Source of the DNA: Auanema rhodensis
Lineage: Eukaryota > Animalia > Nematoda
Reading direction: 5' to 3'
Assembly (NCBI GenBank): GCA_964057225.1
Contig: OZ059897.1
Span: 1,736,001 to 1,800,000 of the forward strand
Length of the DNA: 64,000 nucleotides
Positions 1 through 13,210 of this stretch are shown here, one piece after another (within the stretch, counting starts at the first letter, position 1; each line of letters starts with the position of its first letter). The notes beneath the pieces were generated by a model that saw only the letters and a program-made list of their open reading frames with translations, was not told the DNA's origin and did not search any database. The translations under genes and the position numbers were made by a program.

Positions 1-351
1 GATATCTCGGTGAATTTTTAAGCTAGCGCAAATCTGATAACACAGATCGACGCAGTTTAAAAATCCGCATCGAATGCATTATACTACATTGAAAAACGCT
101 CAATACAAAAATTATTTATGATTGTTTGAAAAATGATGCATTAGTGTATGTTGAGTTTCCATGTACGCTCAACATTGCTTCCAAAAACATTTTGACAAAA
201 ATTTTCCCGAAAAATTTCAAGATAATTTAACAAAGAGTAGATGTTTTTAGATTCATTTTTTTAAGGCGAAGACGATGGACAATGTTATTCAACGAAAAAA
301 TTAATTCCTCAGGGTGAAAATCGAGGATATAAGTGTGAACTTATATCAGTT
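1..351 (+). repeat. Representative monomer (subfamily A), arbitrarily phased at the GATATC site
   Basis: The monomer-start GATATC is at 1 and again at 352. Most monomers carry one GATATC (EcoRV site), and most A monomers carry one GCTAGC (NheI site). Confidence 0.97.
326..347. other. 9-bp inverted repeat with 4-nt spacer (GATATAAGT-GTGA-ACTTATATC), once per monomer
   Basis: Perfect dyad in many A monomers. It overlaps a second dyad, ATATCA-GT-TGATAT (343-356). It is broken by GATTTAAGT in some A copies and by GAACCT/GAACAT/GAACTC in most B copies. Confidence 0.85.
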
Positions 352-498
352 GATATCTTGGTGCATTTTTAAGCTAGCGCAAATCTGATAACACAGATCG
401 ACGCAAATTAAAAATTTGTTTCGAATGCACTATTCCACATTGAGAAACGCTCAATACAAAAATTATTTATGATTGTTTGAAAAATGATGCATTAGTGT

Positions 499-526
499 AT
501 GTTGAGTTTCCATGTACACTCAACAT
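499..526. other. 9-bp inverted repeat with 10-nt spacer (ATGTTGAGT-TTCCATGTAC-ACTCAACAT), once per monomer
   Basis: Perfect dyad in most A monomers and many B monomers. The fixed A/B difference here (TTTCC vs TTCCC) falls in the spacer. Confidence 0.85.
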
Positions 527-3500
527 TGCTTCCAAAAACATTTTGACAAAAATTTTCCCGAAAAATTTCAAGATAATTTTACAAAAAGTAGATGTTTTTA
601 GATTTCTTTTGCGAAGAGGATGGACAATGTTATTCAACGAAAAAATTAATTCTTCAGGGTGAAAATCGAGGATATAAGTGTGAACTTATATCAGTTGATA
701 TCTCGGTGCATTTTTAAGCTAGCGCAAATCTGATAACACAGATCGACGCAGCTCAAAAATCCGCATCGAATGCATTATACTACATTGAAAAACGCTCAAT
801 ACAAAAATTATTTATGATTGTTTGAAAAATGATGCATTAGTGTATGTTGAGTTTCCATGTACGCTCAACATTGCTTCCAAAAACATTTTGACAAAAATTT
901 TCCCGAAAAATTTCAAGATAATTTAACAAAGAGTAGATGTTTTTAGATTCATTTTTTTAAGGCGAAGACGATGGACAATGTTATTCAACGAAAAAATTAA
1001 TTCCTCAGGGTGAAAATCGAGGATATAAGTGTGAACTTATATCAGTTGATATCTTGGTGCATTTTTAAGCTAGCGCAAATCTGATAACACAGATCGACGC
1101 AAATTAAAAATTTGTTTCGAATGCACTATTCCACATTGAGAAACGCTCAATACAAAAATTATTTATGATTGTTTGAAAAATGATGCATTAGTGTATGTTG
1201 AGTTTCCATGTACACTCAACATTGCTTCCAAAAACATTTTGACAAAAATTTTCCCGAAAAATTTCAAGATAATTTTACAAAAAGTAGATGTTTTTAGATT
1301 TCTTTTTTTAAGGCGAAGAGGATGGACAATGTTATTCAACGAAAAAATTAATTCTTCAGGGTGAAAATCGAGGATATAAGTGTGAACTTATATCAGTTGA
1401 TATCTCGGTGCATTTTTAAGCTAGCGCAAATCTGATAACACAGATCGACGCAGCTCAAAAATCCGCATCGAATGCATTATACTACATTGAGAAACGTTCA
1501 ATACAAAAATTATTTATGATTGTTCGAAAAATGATGCATTAGTGTATGTTGAGTTTCCATGTACACTCAACATTGCTTCCAAAAACATTTTGACAAAAAT
1601 TTTCCCGAAAAATTTCAAAATAATTTAACAAAGAGTAGATGTTTTTAGATTTCTTTTTTCAAGGCGAAGACGATGGACAATGTTATTCAACGAAAAAATT
1701 AATTCTTCAGGGTGAAAATCGAGGATATAAGTGTGAACTTATATCAGTTGATATCTCGGTGCATTTTTAAGCTAGCGCAAATCTGATAACACAGATCGAC
1801 GCAGATTAAAAATCCGCATCGAATGCACTATACTACATTGAGAAACGTTCAATACAAAAATTATTTATGATTGTTCGAAAAATGATGCATTAGTGTATGT
1901 TGAGTTTCCATGTACACTCAACATTGCTTCCAAAAACATTTTGACAAAAATTTTCCCGAAAAATTTCAAGATAATTTAACAAAGAGTAGATGTTTTTAGT
2001 TTTTTTTTTTAAGGAGAAGACGATGGACAATGTTATTCAACGAAAAAATTAATTCTTCAGGGTGAAAATCGAGGATTTAAGTGTGAACTTATATCAGTTG
2101 ATATCTCGGTGAATTTTTAAGCTAGCGCAAATCTGATAACACAAATCGACGCAGTTTAAAAATCCGCATCGAATGCATTATACTACATTGAAAAACGCTC
2201 AATACAAAAATTGTTTATGATTGTTTGAAAAATGATGCATTAGTGTATGTTGAGTTTCCATGTACACTCAACATTGCTTCCAAAAACATTTTGACAAAAA
2301 TTTTCCCGAAAAATTTCAAGATAATTTAACAAAGAGTAGATGTTTTTAGATTTTTTTTTTTAAGGCGAAGACGATGGACAATGTTATTCAACGAAAAAAT
2401 TAATTCTTCAGGGTGAAAATCGAGGATTTAAGTGTGAACTTATATCAGTTGATATCTCGGTGAATTTTTAAGCTAGCGCAAATCTGATAACACAGATCGA
2501 CGCAGTTTAAAAATCCGCATCGAATGCATTATACTACATTGAAAAACGCTCAATACAAAAATTATTTATGATTGTTTGAAAAATGATGCATTAGTGTATG
2601 TTGAGTTTCCATGTACACTCAACATTGCTTCCAAAAACATTTTGACAAAAATTTTCCCGAAAAATTTCAAGATAATTTAACAAAGAGTAGATGTTTTTAG
2701 ATTCTTTTTTTTAAGGCGAAGACGATGGACAATGTTATTCAACGAAAAAATTAATTCTTCAGGGTGAAAATGGAGGATATAAGTGTGAACTTATATCAGT
2801 TGATATCTCGGTGAATTTTTAAGCTAGCGCAAATCTGACAACACAGATCGACGCAGCTTAAAAATCCGCATCGAATGCACTATACTAAATTGAGAAACGT
2901 TCAATACAAAAATTATTTATGATTGTTCGAAAAATGATGCATTAGTGTATGTTGAGTTTCCATGTACACTCAACATTGCTTCCAAAAACAGTTTGACAAA
3001 AATTTTCCCGAAAAATTTTAAGATAATTTAACAAAGAGTAGATGTTTTTAGTTTTTTTTTTTAAGGAGAAGACGATGGACAATGTTATTCAACGAAAAAA
3101 TTAATTCTTCAGGGTGAAAATCGAGGATTTAAGTGTGAACTTATATCAGTTGATATCTCGGTGAATTTTTAAGCTAGCGCAAATCTGATAACACAGATCG
3201 ACGCAGTTTAAAAATCCGCATCGAATGCATTATACTACATTGAAAAACGCTCAATACAAAAATTATTTATGATTGTTTGAAAAATGATGCATTAGTGTAT
3301 GTTGAGTTTCCATGTACACTCAACATTGCTTCCAAAAACATTTTGACAAAAATTTTCCCGAAAAATTTCAAGATAATTTAACAAAGAGTAGATGTTTTTA
3401 GATTCTTTTTTTTAAGGCAAAGACGATGGACAATGTTATTCAACGAAAAAATTAATTCTTCAGGGTGAAAATCGAGGATTTAAGTGTGAACTTATATCAG

Positions 3501-3669
3501 TTGATATCTCGGTGAATTTTTAAGCTAGCGCAAATCTGATAACACAGATCGACGCAGTTTAAAAATCCGCATCGAATGCATTATACTACATTGAAAAACG
3601 CTCAATACAAAAATTATTTATGATTGTTTGAAAAATGATGCATTAGTGTATGTTGAGTTTCCATGTACG

Positions 3670-6600
3670 CTCAACATTGCTTCCAAAAACATTTTGACAA
3701 AAATTTTCCCGAAAAATTTCAAGATAATTTAACAAAGAGTAGATGTTTTTAGATTCATTTTTTTAAGGCGAAGACGATGGACAATGTTATTCAACGAAAA
3801 AATTAATTCCTCAGGGTGAAAATCGAGGATATAAGTGTGAACTTATATCAGTTGATATCTTGGTGCATTTTTAAGCTAGCGCAAATCTGATAACACAGAT
3901 CGACGCAAATTAAAAATTTGTTTCGAATGCACTATTCCACATTGAGAAACGCTCAATACAAAAATTATTTATGATTGTTTGAAAAATGATGCATTAGTGT
4001 ATGTTGAGTTTCCATGTACACTCAACATTGCTTCCAAAAACATTTTGACAAAAATTTTCCCGAAAAATTTCAAGATAATTTTACAAAAAGTAGATGTTTT
4101 TAGATTTCTTTTTTTAAGGCGAAGAGGATGGACAATGTTATTCAACGAAAAAATTAATTCTTCAGGGTGAAAATCGAGGATATAAGTGTGAACTTATATC
4201 AGTTGATATCTCGGTGCATTTTTAAGCTAGCGCAAATCTGATAACACAGATCGACGCAGCTCAAAAATCCGCATCGAATGCATTATACTACATTGAGAAA
4301 CGTTCAATACAAAAATTATTTATGATTGTTCGAAAAATGATGCATTAGTGTATGTTGAGTTTCCATGTACACTCAACATTGCTTCCAAAAACATTTTGAC
4401 AAAAATTTTCCCGAAAAATTTCAAAATAATTTAACAAAGAGTAGATGTTTTTAGACTTCTTTTTTCAAGGCGAAGACGATGGACAATGTTATTCAACAAA
4501 AAAATTAATTCTTCAGGGTGAAAATCGAGGATATAAGTGTGAACTTATATCAGTTGATATCTCGGTGCATTTTTAAGCTAGCGCAAATCTGATAACACAG
4601 ATCGACGCAGCTCAAAAATCCGCATCGAATGCATTATACTACATTGAGAAACGTTCAATACAAAAATTATTTATGATTGTTCGAAAAATGATGCATTAGT
4701 GTATGTTGAGTTTCCATGTACACTCAACATTGCTTCCAAAAACATTTTGACAAAAATTTTCCCGAAAAATTTCAAAATAATTTAACAAAGAGTAGATGTT
4801 TTTAGACTTCTTTTTTCAAGGCGAAGACGATGGACAATGTTATTCAACGAAAAAATTAATTCTTCAGGGTGAAAATCGAGGATATAAGTGTGAACTTATA
4901 TCAGTTGATATCTCGGTGCATTTTTAAGCTAGCGCAAATCTGACAACACAGATCGACGCAGCTTAAAAATCCGCATCGAATGCACTATACTAAATTGAGA
5001 AACGTTCAATACAAAAATTATTTATGATTGTTCGAAAAATGATGCATTAGTGTATGTTGAGTTTCCATGTACACTCAACATTGCTTCCAAAAACATTTTG
5101 ACAAAAATTTTCCCGAAAAATTTCAAGAAAATTTCACGAAAAGTAGATGTTTTTAGATTCCTTTTTTTAAGGCGAAGACGATGGACAATATTATTCAACG
5201 AAAAAATTAATTCTTCAGAGGAAAATCGAGGATATAAGTGTGAACTTATATCAGTTGATATCTCGGTGCATTTTTAAGCTAGCGCAAATCTGATAACACA
5301 GATCGACGCAGCTTGAAATTCCGCATCGAATGCATTATACTACATTGAAAAACGCTCAATACAAAAATTATTTATGATTGTTTGAAAAATAATGCATTAG
5401 TGTATGTTGAGTTTCCATGTACACTCAACATTGCTTCCAAAAACATTTTGACAAAAATTTTCCCGAAAAATTTCAAGATAATTTAACAAAGAGTAGATGT
5501 TTTTAGTTTTTTTTTTTAAGGAGAAGACGATGGACAATGTTATTCAACGAAAAAATTAATTCTTCAGGGTGAAAATCGAGGATTTAAGTGTGAACTTATA
5601 TCAGTTGATATCTCGGTGAATTTTTAAGCTAGCGCAAATCTGATAACACAGATCGACGCAGTTTAAAAATCCGCATCGAATGCATTATACTACATTGAAA
5701 AACGCTCAATACAAAAATTATTTATGATTGTTTGAAAAATGATGCATTAGTGTATGTTGAGTTTCCATGTACACTCAACATTGCTTCCAAAAACATTTTG
5801 ACAAAAATTTTCCCGAAAAATTTCAAGAAAATTTCACGAAAAGTAGATGTTTTTAGATTCCTTTTTTTAAGGCGAAGACGATGGACAATATTATTCAACG
5901 AAAAAATTAATTCTTCAGAGGAAAATCGAGGATATAAGTGTGAACTTATATCAGTTGATATCTCGGTGCATTTTTAAGCTAGCGCAAATCTGATAAAACA
6001 GATCGACGCAGCTTAAAAATCCGCATCGAATGCACTATACTACATTGAGAAACGTTCAATACAAAAATTATTTATGATTGTTCGAAAAATGATGCATTAG
6101 TGTATGTTGAGTTTCCATGTACACTCAACATTGCTTCCAAAAACATTTTGACAAAAATTTTCCCGAAAAATTTCAAGAAAATTTCACGAAAAGTAGATGT
6201 TTTTAGATTCCTTTTTTTAAGGCGAAGACGATGGACAATATTATTCAACGAAAAAATTAATTCTTCAGAGGAAAATCGAGGATATAAGTGTGAACTTATA
6301 TCAGTTGATATCTCGGTGCATTTTTAAGCTAGCGCAAATCTGATAACACAGATCGACGCAGCTTGAAATTCCGCATCGAATGCATTATACTACATTGAAA
6401 AACGCTCAATACAAAAATTATTTATGATTGTTTGAAAAATAATGCATTAGTGTATGTTGAGTTTCCATGTACACTCAACATTGCTTCCAAAAACATTTTG
6501 ACAAAAATTTTCCCGAAAAATTTCAAGATAATTTAACAAAGAGTAGATGTTTTTAGTTTTTTTTTTTAAGGAGAAGACGATGGACAATGTTATTCAACGA

Positions 6601-9600
6601 AAAAATTAATTCTTCAGGGTGAAAATCGAGGATTTAAGTGTGAACTTATATCAGTTGATATCTCGGTGAATTTTTAAGCTAGCGCAAATCTGATAACACA
6701 GATCGACGCAGTTTAAAAATCCGCATCGAATGCATTATACTACATTGAAAAACGCTCAATACAAAAATTATTTATGATTGTTTGAAAAATGATGCATTAG
6801 TGTATGTTGAGTTTCCATGTACACTCAACATTGCTTCCAAAAACATTTTGACAAAAATTTTCCCGAAAAATTTCAAGAAAATTTCACGAAAAGTAGATGT
6901 TTTTAGATTCCTTTTTTTAAGGCGAAGACGATGGACAATATTATTCAACGAAAAAATTAATTCTTCAGAGGAAAATCGAGGATATAAGTGTGAACTTATA
7001 TCAGTTGATATCTCGGTGCATTTTTAAGCTAGCGCAAATCTGATAAAACAGATCGACGCAGCTTAAAAATCCGCATCGAATGCACTATACTACATTGAGA
7101 AACGTTCAATACAAAAATTATTTATGATTGTTCGAAAAATGATGCATTAGTGTATGTTGAGTTTCCATGTACACTCAACATTGCTTCCAAAAACATTTTG
7201 ACAAAAATTTTCCCGAAAAATTTCAAGAAAATTTCACGAAAAGTAGATGTTTTTAGATTCCTTTTTTTAAGGCGAAGACGATGGACAATATTATTCAACG
7301 AAAAAATTAATTCTTCAGAGGAAAATCGAGGATATAAGTGTGAACTTATATCAGTTGATATCTCGGTGCATTTTTAAGCTAGCGCAAATCTGATAACACA
7401 GATCAACGCAGCTTAAAAATCCGCATCGAATGCACTATACTAAATTGAGAAACGTTCAATACAAAAATTATTTATGATTGTTCGAAAAATGATGCATTAG
7501 TGTATGTTGAGTTTCCATGTACACTCAACATTGCTTCCAAAAACATTTTGACAAAAATTTTCCCGAAAAATTTCAAGATAATTTAACAAAGAGTAGATGT
7601 TTTTAGATTCTTTTTTCTAAGGCGAAGACGATGGACAATGTTATTCAACGAAAAAATTAATTCCTCAGGGTGAAAATCGAGGATATAAGTGTGAACTTAT
7701 ATCAGTTGATATCTCGGTGCATTTTTAAGCTAGCGCAAATCTGATAACACAGATCAACGCAGCTTAAAAATCCGCATCGAATGCACTATACTAAATTGAG
7801 AAACGTTCAATACAAAAATTATTTATGATTGTTCGAAAAATGATGCATTAGTGTATGTTGAGTTTCCATGTACACTCAACATTGCTTCCAAAAACATTTT
7901 GACAAAAATTTTCCCGAAAAATTTCAAGATAATTTTACGAAAAGTAGATGTTTTTAGATTTCTTTTTTTAAGGCGAAGACGATGGACAATGTTATTCAAC
8001 GAAAAAATTAATTCTTCAGGGTGAAAATCGAGGATATAAGTGTGAACTTATATCAGTTGATATCTCGGTGCATTTTTAAGCTAGCGCAAATCTGATAACA
8101 CAGATCGACGCAGATTAAAAATCCGCATCGAATGCACTATACTACATTGAGAAACGTTCAATACAAAAATTATTTATGATTGTTCGAAAAATGATGCATT
8201 AGTGTATGTTGAGTTTCCATGTACACTCAACATTGCTTCCAAAAACATTTTGACAAAAATTTGCCCGAAAAATTTCAAGATAATTTAACAAAGAGTAGAT
8301 GTTTTTAGTTTTTTTTTTTAAGGAGAAGACGATGGACAATGTTATTCAACGAAAAAATTAATTCTTCAGGGTGAAAATCGAGGATTTAAGTGTGAACTTA
8401 TATCAGTTGATATCTCGGTGAATTTTTAAGCTAGCGCAAATCTGATAACACAAATCGACGCAGTTTAAAAATCCGCATCGAATGCATTATACTACATTGA
8501 AAAACGCTCAATACAAAAATTATTTATGATTGTTTGAAAAATGATGCATTAGTGTATGTTGAGTTTCCATGTACACTCAACATTGCTTCCAAAAACATTT
8601 TGACAAACATTTTCCCGAAAAATTTCAAGATAATTTAACAAAGAGTAGATGTTTTTAGATTTTTTTTTTTAAGGCGAAGACGATGGACAATGTTATTCAA
8701 CGAAAAAATTAATTCTTCAGGGTGAAAATCGAGGATTTAAGTGTGAACTTATATCAGTTGATATCTCGGTGAATTTTTAAGCTAGCGCAAATCTGATAAC
8801 ACAGATCGACGCAGTTTAAAAATCCGCATCGAATGCATTATACTACATTGAAAAACGCTCAATACAAGAATTATTTATGATTGTTTGAAAAATGATGCAT
8901 TAGTGTATGTTGAGTTTCCATGTACACTCAACATTGCTTCCAAAAACATTTTGACAAAAATTTTCCCGAAAAATTTCAAGATAATTTAACAAAGAGTAGA
9001 TGTTTTTAGATTCATTTTTTTAAGGCGAAGACGATGGACAATGTTATTCAACGAAAAAATTAATTCCTCAGGGTGAAAATCGAGGATATAAGTGTGAACT
9101 TATATCAGTTGATATCTTGGTGCATTTTTAAGCTAGCGCAAATCTGATAACACAGATCGACGCAAATTAAAAATTTGTTTCGAATGCACTATTCCACATT
9201 GAGAAACGCTCAATACAAAAATTATTTATGATTGTTTGAAAAATGATGCATTAGTGTATGTTGAGTTTCCATGTACACTCAACATTGCTTCCAAAAACAT
9301 TTTGACAAAAATTTTCCCGAAAAATTTCAAGATAATTTTACAAAAAGTAGATGTTTTTAGATTTCTTTTTTTAAGGCGAAGAGGATGGACAATGTTATTC
9401 AACGAAAAAATTAATTCTTCAGGGTGAAAATCGAGGATATAAGTGTGAACTTATATCAGTTGATATCTCGGTGCATTTTTAAGCTAGCGCAAATCTGATA
9501 ACACAGATCGACGCAGCTCAAAAATCCGCATCGAATGCATTATACTACATTGAGAAACGTTCAATACAAAAATTATTTATGATTGTTCGAAAAATGATGC

Positions 9601-12600
9601 ATTAGTGTATGTTGAGTTTCCATGTACACTCAACATTGCTTCCAAAAACATTTTGACAAAAATTTTCCCGAAAAATTTCAAAATAATTTAACAAAGAGTA
9701 GATGTTTTTAGACTTCTTTTTTCAAGGCGAAGACGATGGACAATGTTATTCAACAAAAAAATTAATTCTTCAGGGTGAAAATCGAGGATATAAGTGTGAA
9801 CTTATATCAGTTGATATCTCGGTGCATTTTTAAGCTAGCGCAAATCTGATAACACAGATCGACGCAGCTCAAAAATCCGCATCGAATGCATTATACTACA
9901 TTGAGAAACGTTCAATACAAAAATTATTTATGATTGTTCGAAAAATGATGCATTAGTGTATGTTGAGTTTCCATGTACACTCAACATTGCTTCCAAAAAC
10001 ATTTTGACAAAAATTTTCCCGAAAAATTTCAAAATAATTTAACAAAGAGTAGATGTTTTTAGACTTCTTTTTTCAAGGCGAAGACGATGGACAATGTTAT
10101 TCAACGAAAAAATTAATTCTTCAGGGTGAAAATCGAGGATATAAGTGTGAACTTATATCAGTTGATATCTCGGTGCATTTTTAAGCTAGCGCAAATCTGA
10201 CAACACAGATCGACGCAGCTTAAAAATCCGCATCGAATGCACTATACTAAATTGAGAAACGTTCAATACAAAAATTATTTATGATTGTTCGAAAAATGAT
10301 GCATTAGTGTATGTTGAGTTTCCATGTACACTCAACATTGCTTCCAAAAACATTTTGACAAAAATTTTCCCGAAAAATTTCAAGAAAATTTCACGAAAAG
10401 TAGATGTTTTTAGATTCCTTTTTTTAAGGCGAAGACGATGGACAATATTATTCAACGAAAAAATTAATTCTTCAGAGGAAAATCGAGGATATAAGTGTGA
10501 ACTTATATCAGTTGATATCTCGGTGCATTTTTAAGCTAGCGCAAATCTGATAACACAGATCGACGCAGCTTGAAATTCCGCATCGAATGCATTATACTAC
10601 ATTGAAAAACGCTCAATACAAAAATTATTTATGATTGTTTGAAAAATAATGCATTAGTGTATGTTGAGTTTCCATGTACACTCAACATTGCTTCCAAAAA
10701 CATTTTGACAAAAATTTTCCCGAAAAATTTCAAGATAATTTAACAAAGAGTAGATGTTTTTAGTTTTTTTTTTTAAGGAGAAGACGATGGACAATGTTAT
10801 TCAACGAAAAAATTAATTCTTCAGGGTGAAAATCGAGGATTTAAGTGTGAACTTATATCAGTTGATATCTCGGTGAATTTTTAAGCTAGCGCAAATCTGA
10901 TAACACAGATCGACGCAGTTTAAAAATCCGCATCGAATGCATTATACTACATTGAAAAACGCTCAATACAAAAATTATTTATGATTGTTTGAAAAATGAT
11001 GCATTAGTGTATGTTGAGTTTCCATGTACACTCAACATTGCTTCCAAAAACATTTTGACAAAAATTTTCCCGAAAAATTTCAAGAAAATTTCACGAAAAG
11101 TAGATGTTTTTAGATTCCTTTTTTTAAGGCGAAGACGATGGACAATATTATTCAACGAAAAAATTAATTCTTCAGAGGAAAATCGAGGATATAAGTGTGA
11201 ACTTATATCAGTTGATATCTCGGTGCATTTTTAAGCTAGCGCAAATCTGATAAAACAGATCGACGCAGCTTAAAAATCCGCATCGAATGCACTATACTAC
11301 ATTGAGAAACGTTCAATACAAAAATTATTTATGATTGTTCGAAAAATGATGCATTAGTGTATGTTGAGTTTCCATGTACACTCAACATTGCTTCCAAAAA
11401 CATTTTGACAAAAATTTTCCCGAAAAATTTCAAGAAAATTTCACGAAAAGTAGATGTTTTTAGATTCCTTTTTTTAAGGCGAAGACGATGGACAATATTA
11501 TTCAACGAAAAAATTAATTCTTCAGAGGAAAATCGAGGATATAAGTGTGAACTTATATCAGTTGATATCTCGGTGCATTTTTAAGCTAGCGCAAATCTGA
11601 TAACACAGATCAACGCAGCTTAAAAATCCGCATCGAATGCACTATACTAAATTGAGAAACGTTCAATACAAAAATTATTTATGATTGTTCGAAAAATGAT
11701 GCATTAGTGTATGTTGAGTTTCCATGTACACTCAACATTGCTTCCAAAAACATTTTGACAAAAATTTTCCCGAAAAATTTCAAGATAATTTAACAAAGAG
11801 TAGATGTTTTTAGATTCTTTTTTCTAAGGCGAAGACGATGGACAATGTTATTCAACGAAAAAATTAATTCCTCAGGGTGAAAATCGAGGATATAAGTGTG
11901 AACTTATATCAGTTGATATCTCGGTGCATTTTTAAGCTAGCGCAAATCTGATAACACAGATCAACGCAGCTTAAAAATCCGCATCGAATGCACTATACTA
12001 AATTGAGAAACGTTCAATACAAAAATTATTTATGATTGTTCGAAAAATGATGCATTAGTGTATGTTGAGTTTCCATGTACACTCAACATTGCTTCCAAAA
12101 ACATTTTGACAAAAATTTTCCCGAAAAATTTCAAGATAATTTTACGAAAAGTAGATGTTTTTAGATTTCTTTTTTTAAGGCGAAGACGATGGACAATGTT
12201 ATTCAACGAAAAAATTAATTCTTCAGGGTGAAAATCGAGGATATAAGTGTGAACTTATATCAGTTGATATCTCGGTGCATTTTTAAGCTAGCGCAAATCT
12301 GATAACACAGATCGACGCAGATTAAAAATCCGCATCGAATGCACTATACTACATTGAGAAACGTTCAATACAAAAATTATTTATGATTGTTCGAAAAATG
12401 ATGCATTAGTGTATGTTGAGTTTCCATGTACACTCAACATTGCTTCCAAAAACATTTTGACAAAAATTTGCCCGAAAAATTTCAAGATAATTTAACAAAG
12501 AGTAGATGTTTTTAGTTTTTTTTTTTAAGGAGAAGACGATGGACAATGTTATTCAACGAAAAAATTAATTCTTCAGGGTGAAAATCGAGGATTTAAGTGT

Positions 12601-13210
12601 GAACTTATATCAGTTGATATCTCGGTGAATTTTTAAGCTAGCGCAAATCTGATAACACAAATCGACGCAGTTTAAAAATCCGCATCGAATGCATTATACT
12701 ACATTGAAAAACGCTCAATACAAAAATTATTTATGATTGTTTGAAAAATGATGCATTAGTGTATGTTGAGTTTCCATGTACACTCAACATTGCTTCCAAA
12801 AACATTTTGACAAACATTTTCCCGAAAAATTTCAAGATAATTTAACAAAGAGTAGATGTTTTTAGATTTTTTTTTTTAAGGCGAAGACGATGGACAATGT
12901 TATTCAACGAAAAAATTAATTCTTCAGGGTGAAAATCGAGGATTTAAGTGTGAACTTATATCAGTTGATATCTCGGTGAATTTTTAAGCTAGCGCAAATC
13001 TGATAACACAGATCGACGCAGTTTAAAAATCCGCATCGAATGCATTATACTACATTGAAAAACGCTCAATACAAGAATTATTTATGATTGTTTGAAAAAT
13101 GATGCATTAGTGTATGTTGAGTTTCCATGTACACTCAACATTGCTTCCAAAAACATTTTGACAAAAATTTTCCCGAAAAATTTCAAGATAATTTAACAAA
13201 GAGTAGATGT
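3670..13210. repeat. Higher-order tandem duplication: 12-monomer unit (4207 bp), first copy expanded to 15 monomers (5257 bp) by an internal 3-mer duplication
   Basis: Private SNPs recur at +4207: GATCAAC 7401/11608, TTTGCCCG (G) 8263/12470, ACAAACAT (C) 8608/12815, ACAAGAA (G) 8868/13075. Upstream markers recur at +5257 (ORF-track starts 3979/9236, 5050/10307, 5732/10989). An internal 1050-bp period is shown by 5050/6100/7150 and 5732/6782. Confidence 0.88.

Noticed and set aside
206-220. Possible CENP-B box (CCCGAAAAATTTCAA; also TTCGAAAAATG)
   Set aside because: It matches only about 6 of the 9 essential positions of TTCGNNNNANNCGGG or its reverse complement.
1-351. Assignment to a named ~350-360 bp satellite family (for example Drosophila 1.688/359-bp or tenebrionid beetle satellites)
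   Set aside because: Only length and AT-richness are similar. I do not recognise sequence identity, and a BLASTN/Dfam search is needed.
630-657. CTGAAGA on the minus strand (hammerhead CUGANGA core; some ~330-bp animal satellites encode hammerhead ribozymes), and CTGATAA on the plus strand
   Set aside because: The minus core is followed by ATTAATTTTTTCGTT-GAAT, with no proper stem II and no GAAA. The plus-strand CTGATAA lacks G8 and a stem II. An Infernal search with the Rfam hammerhead models would settle it.
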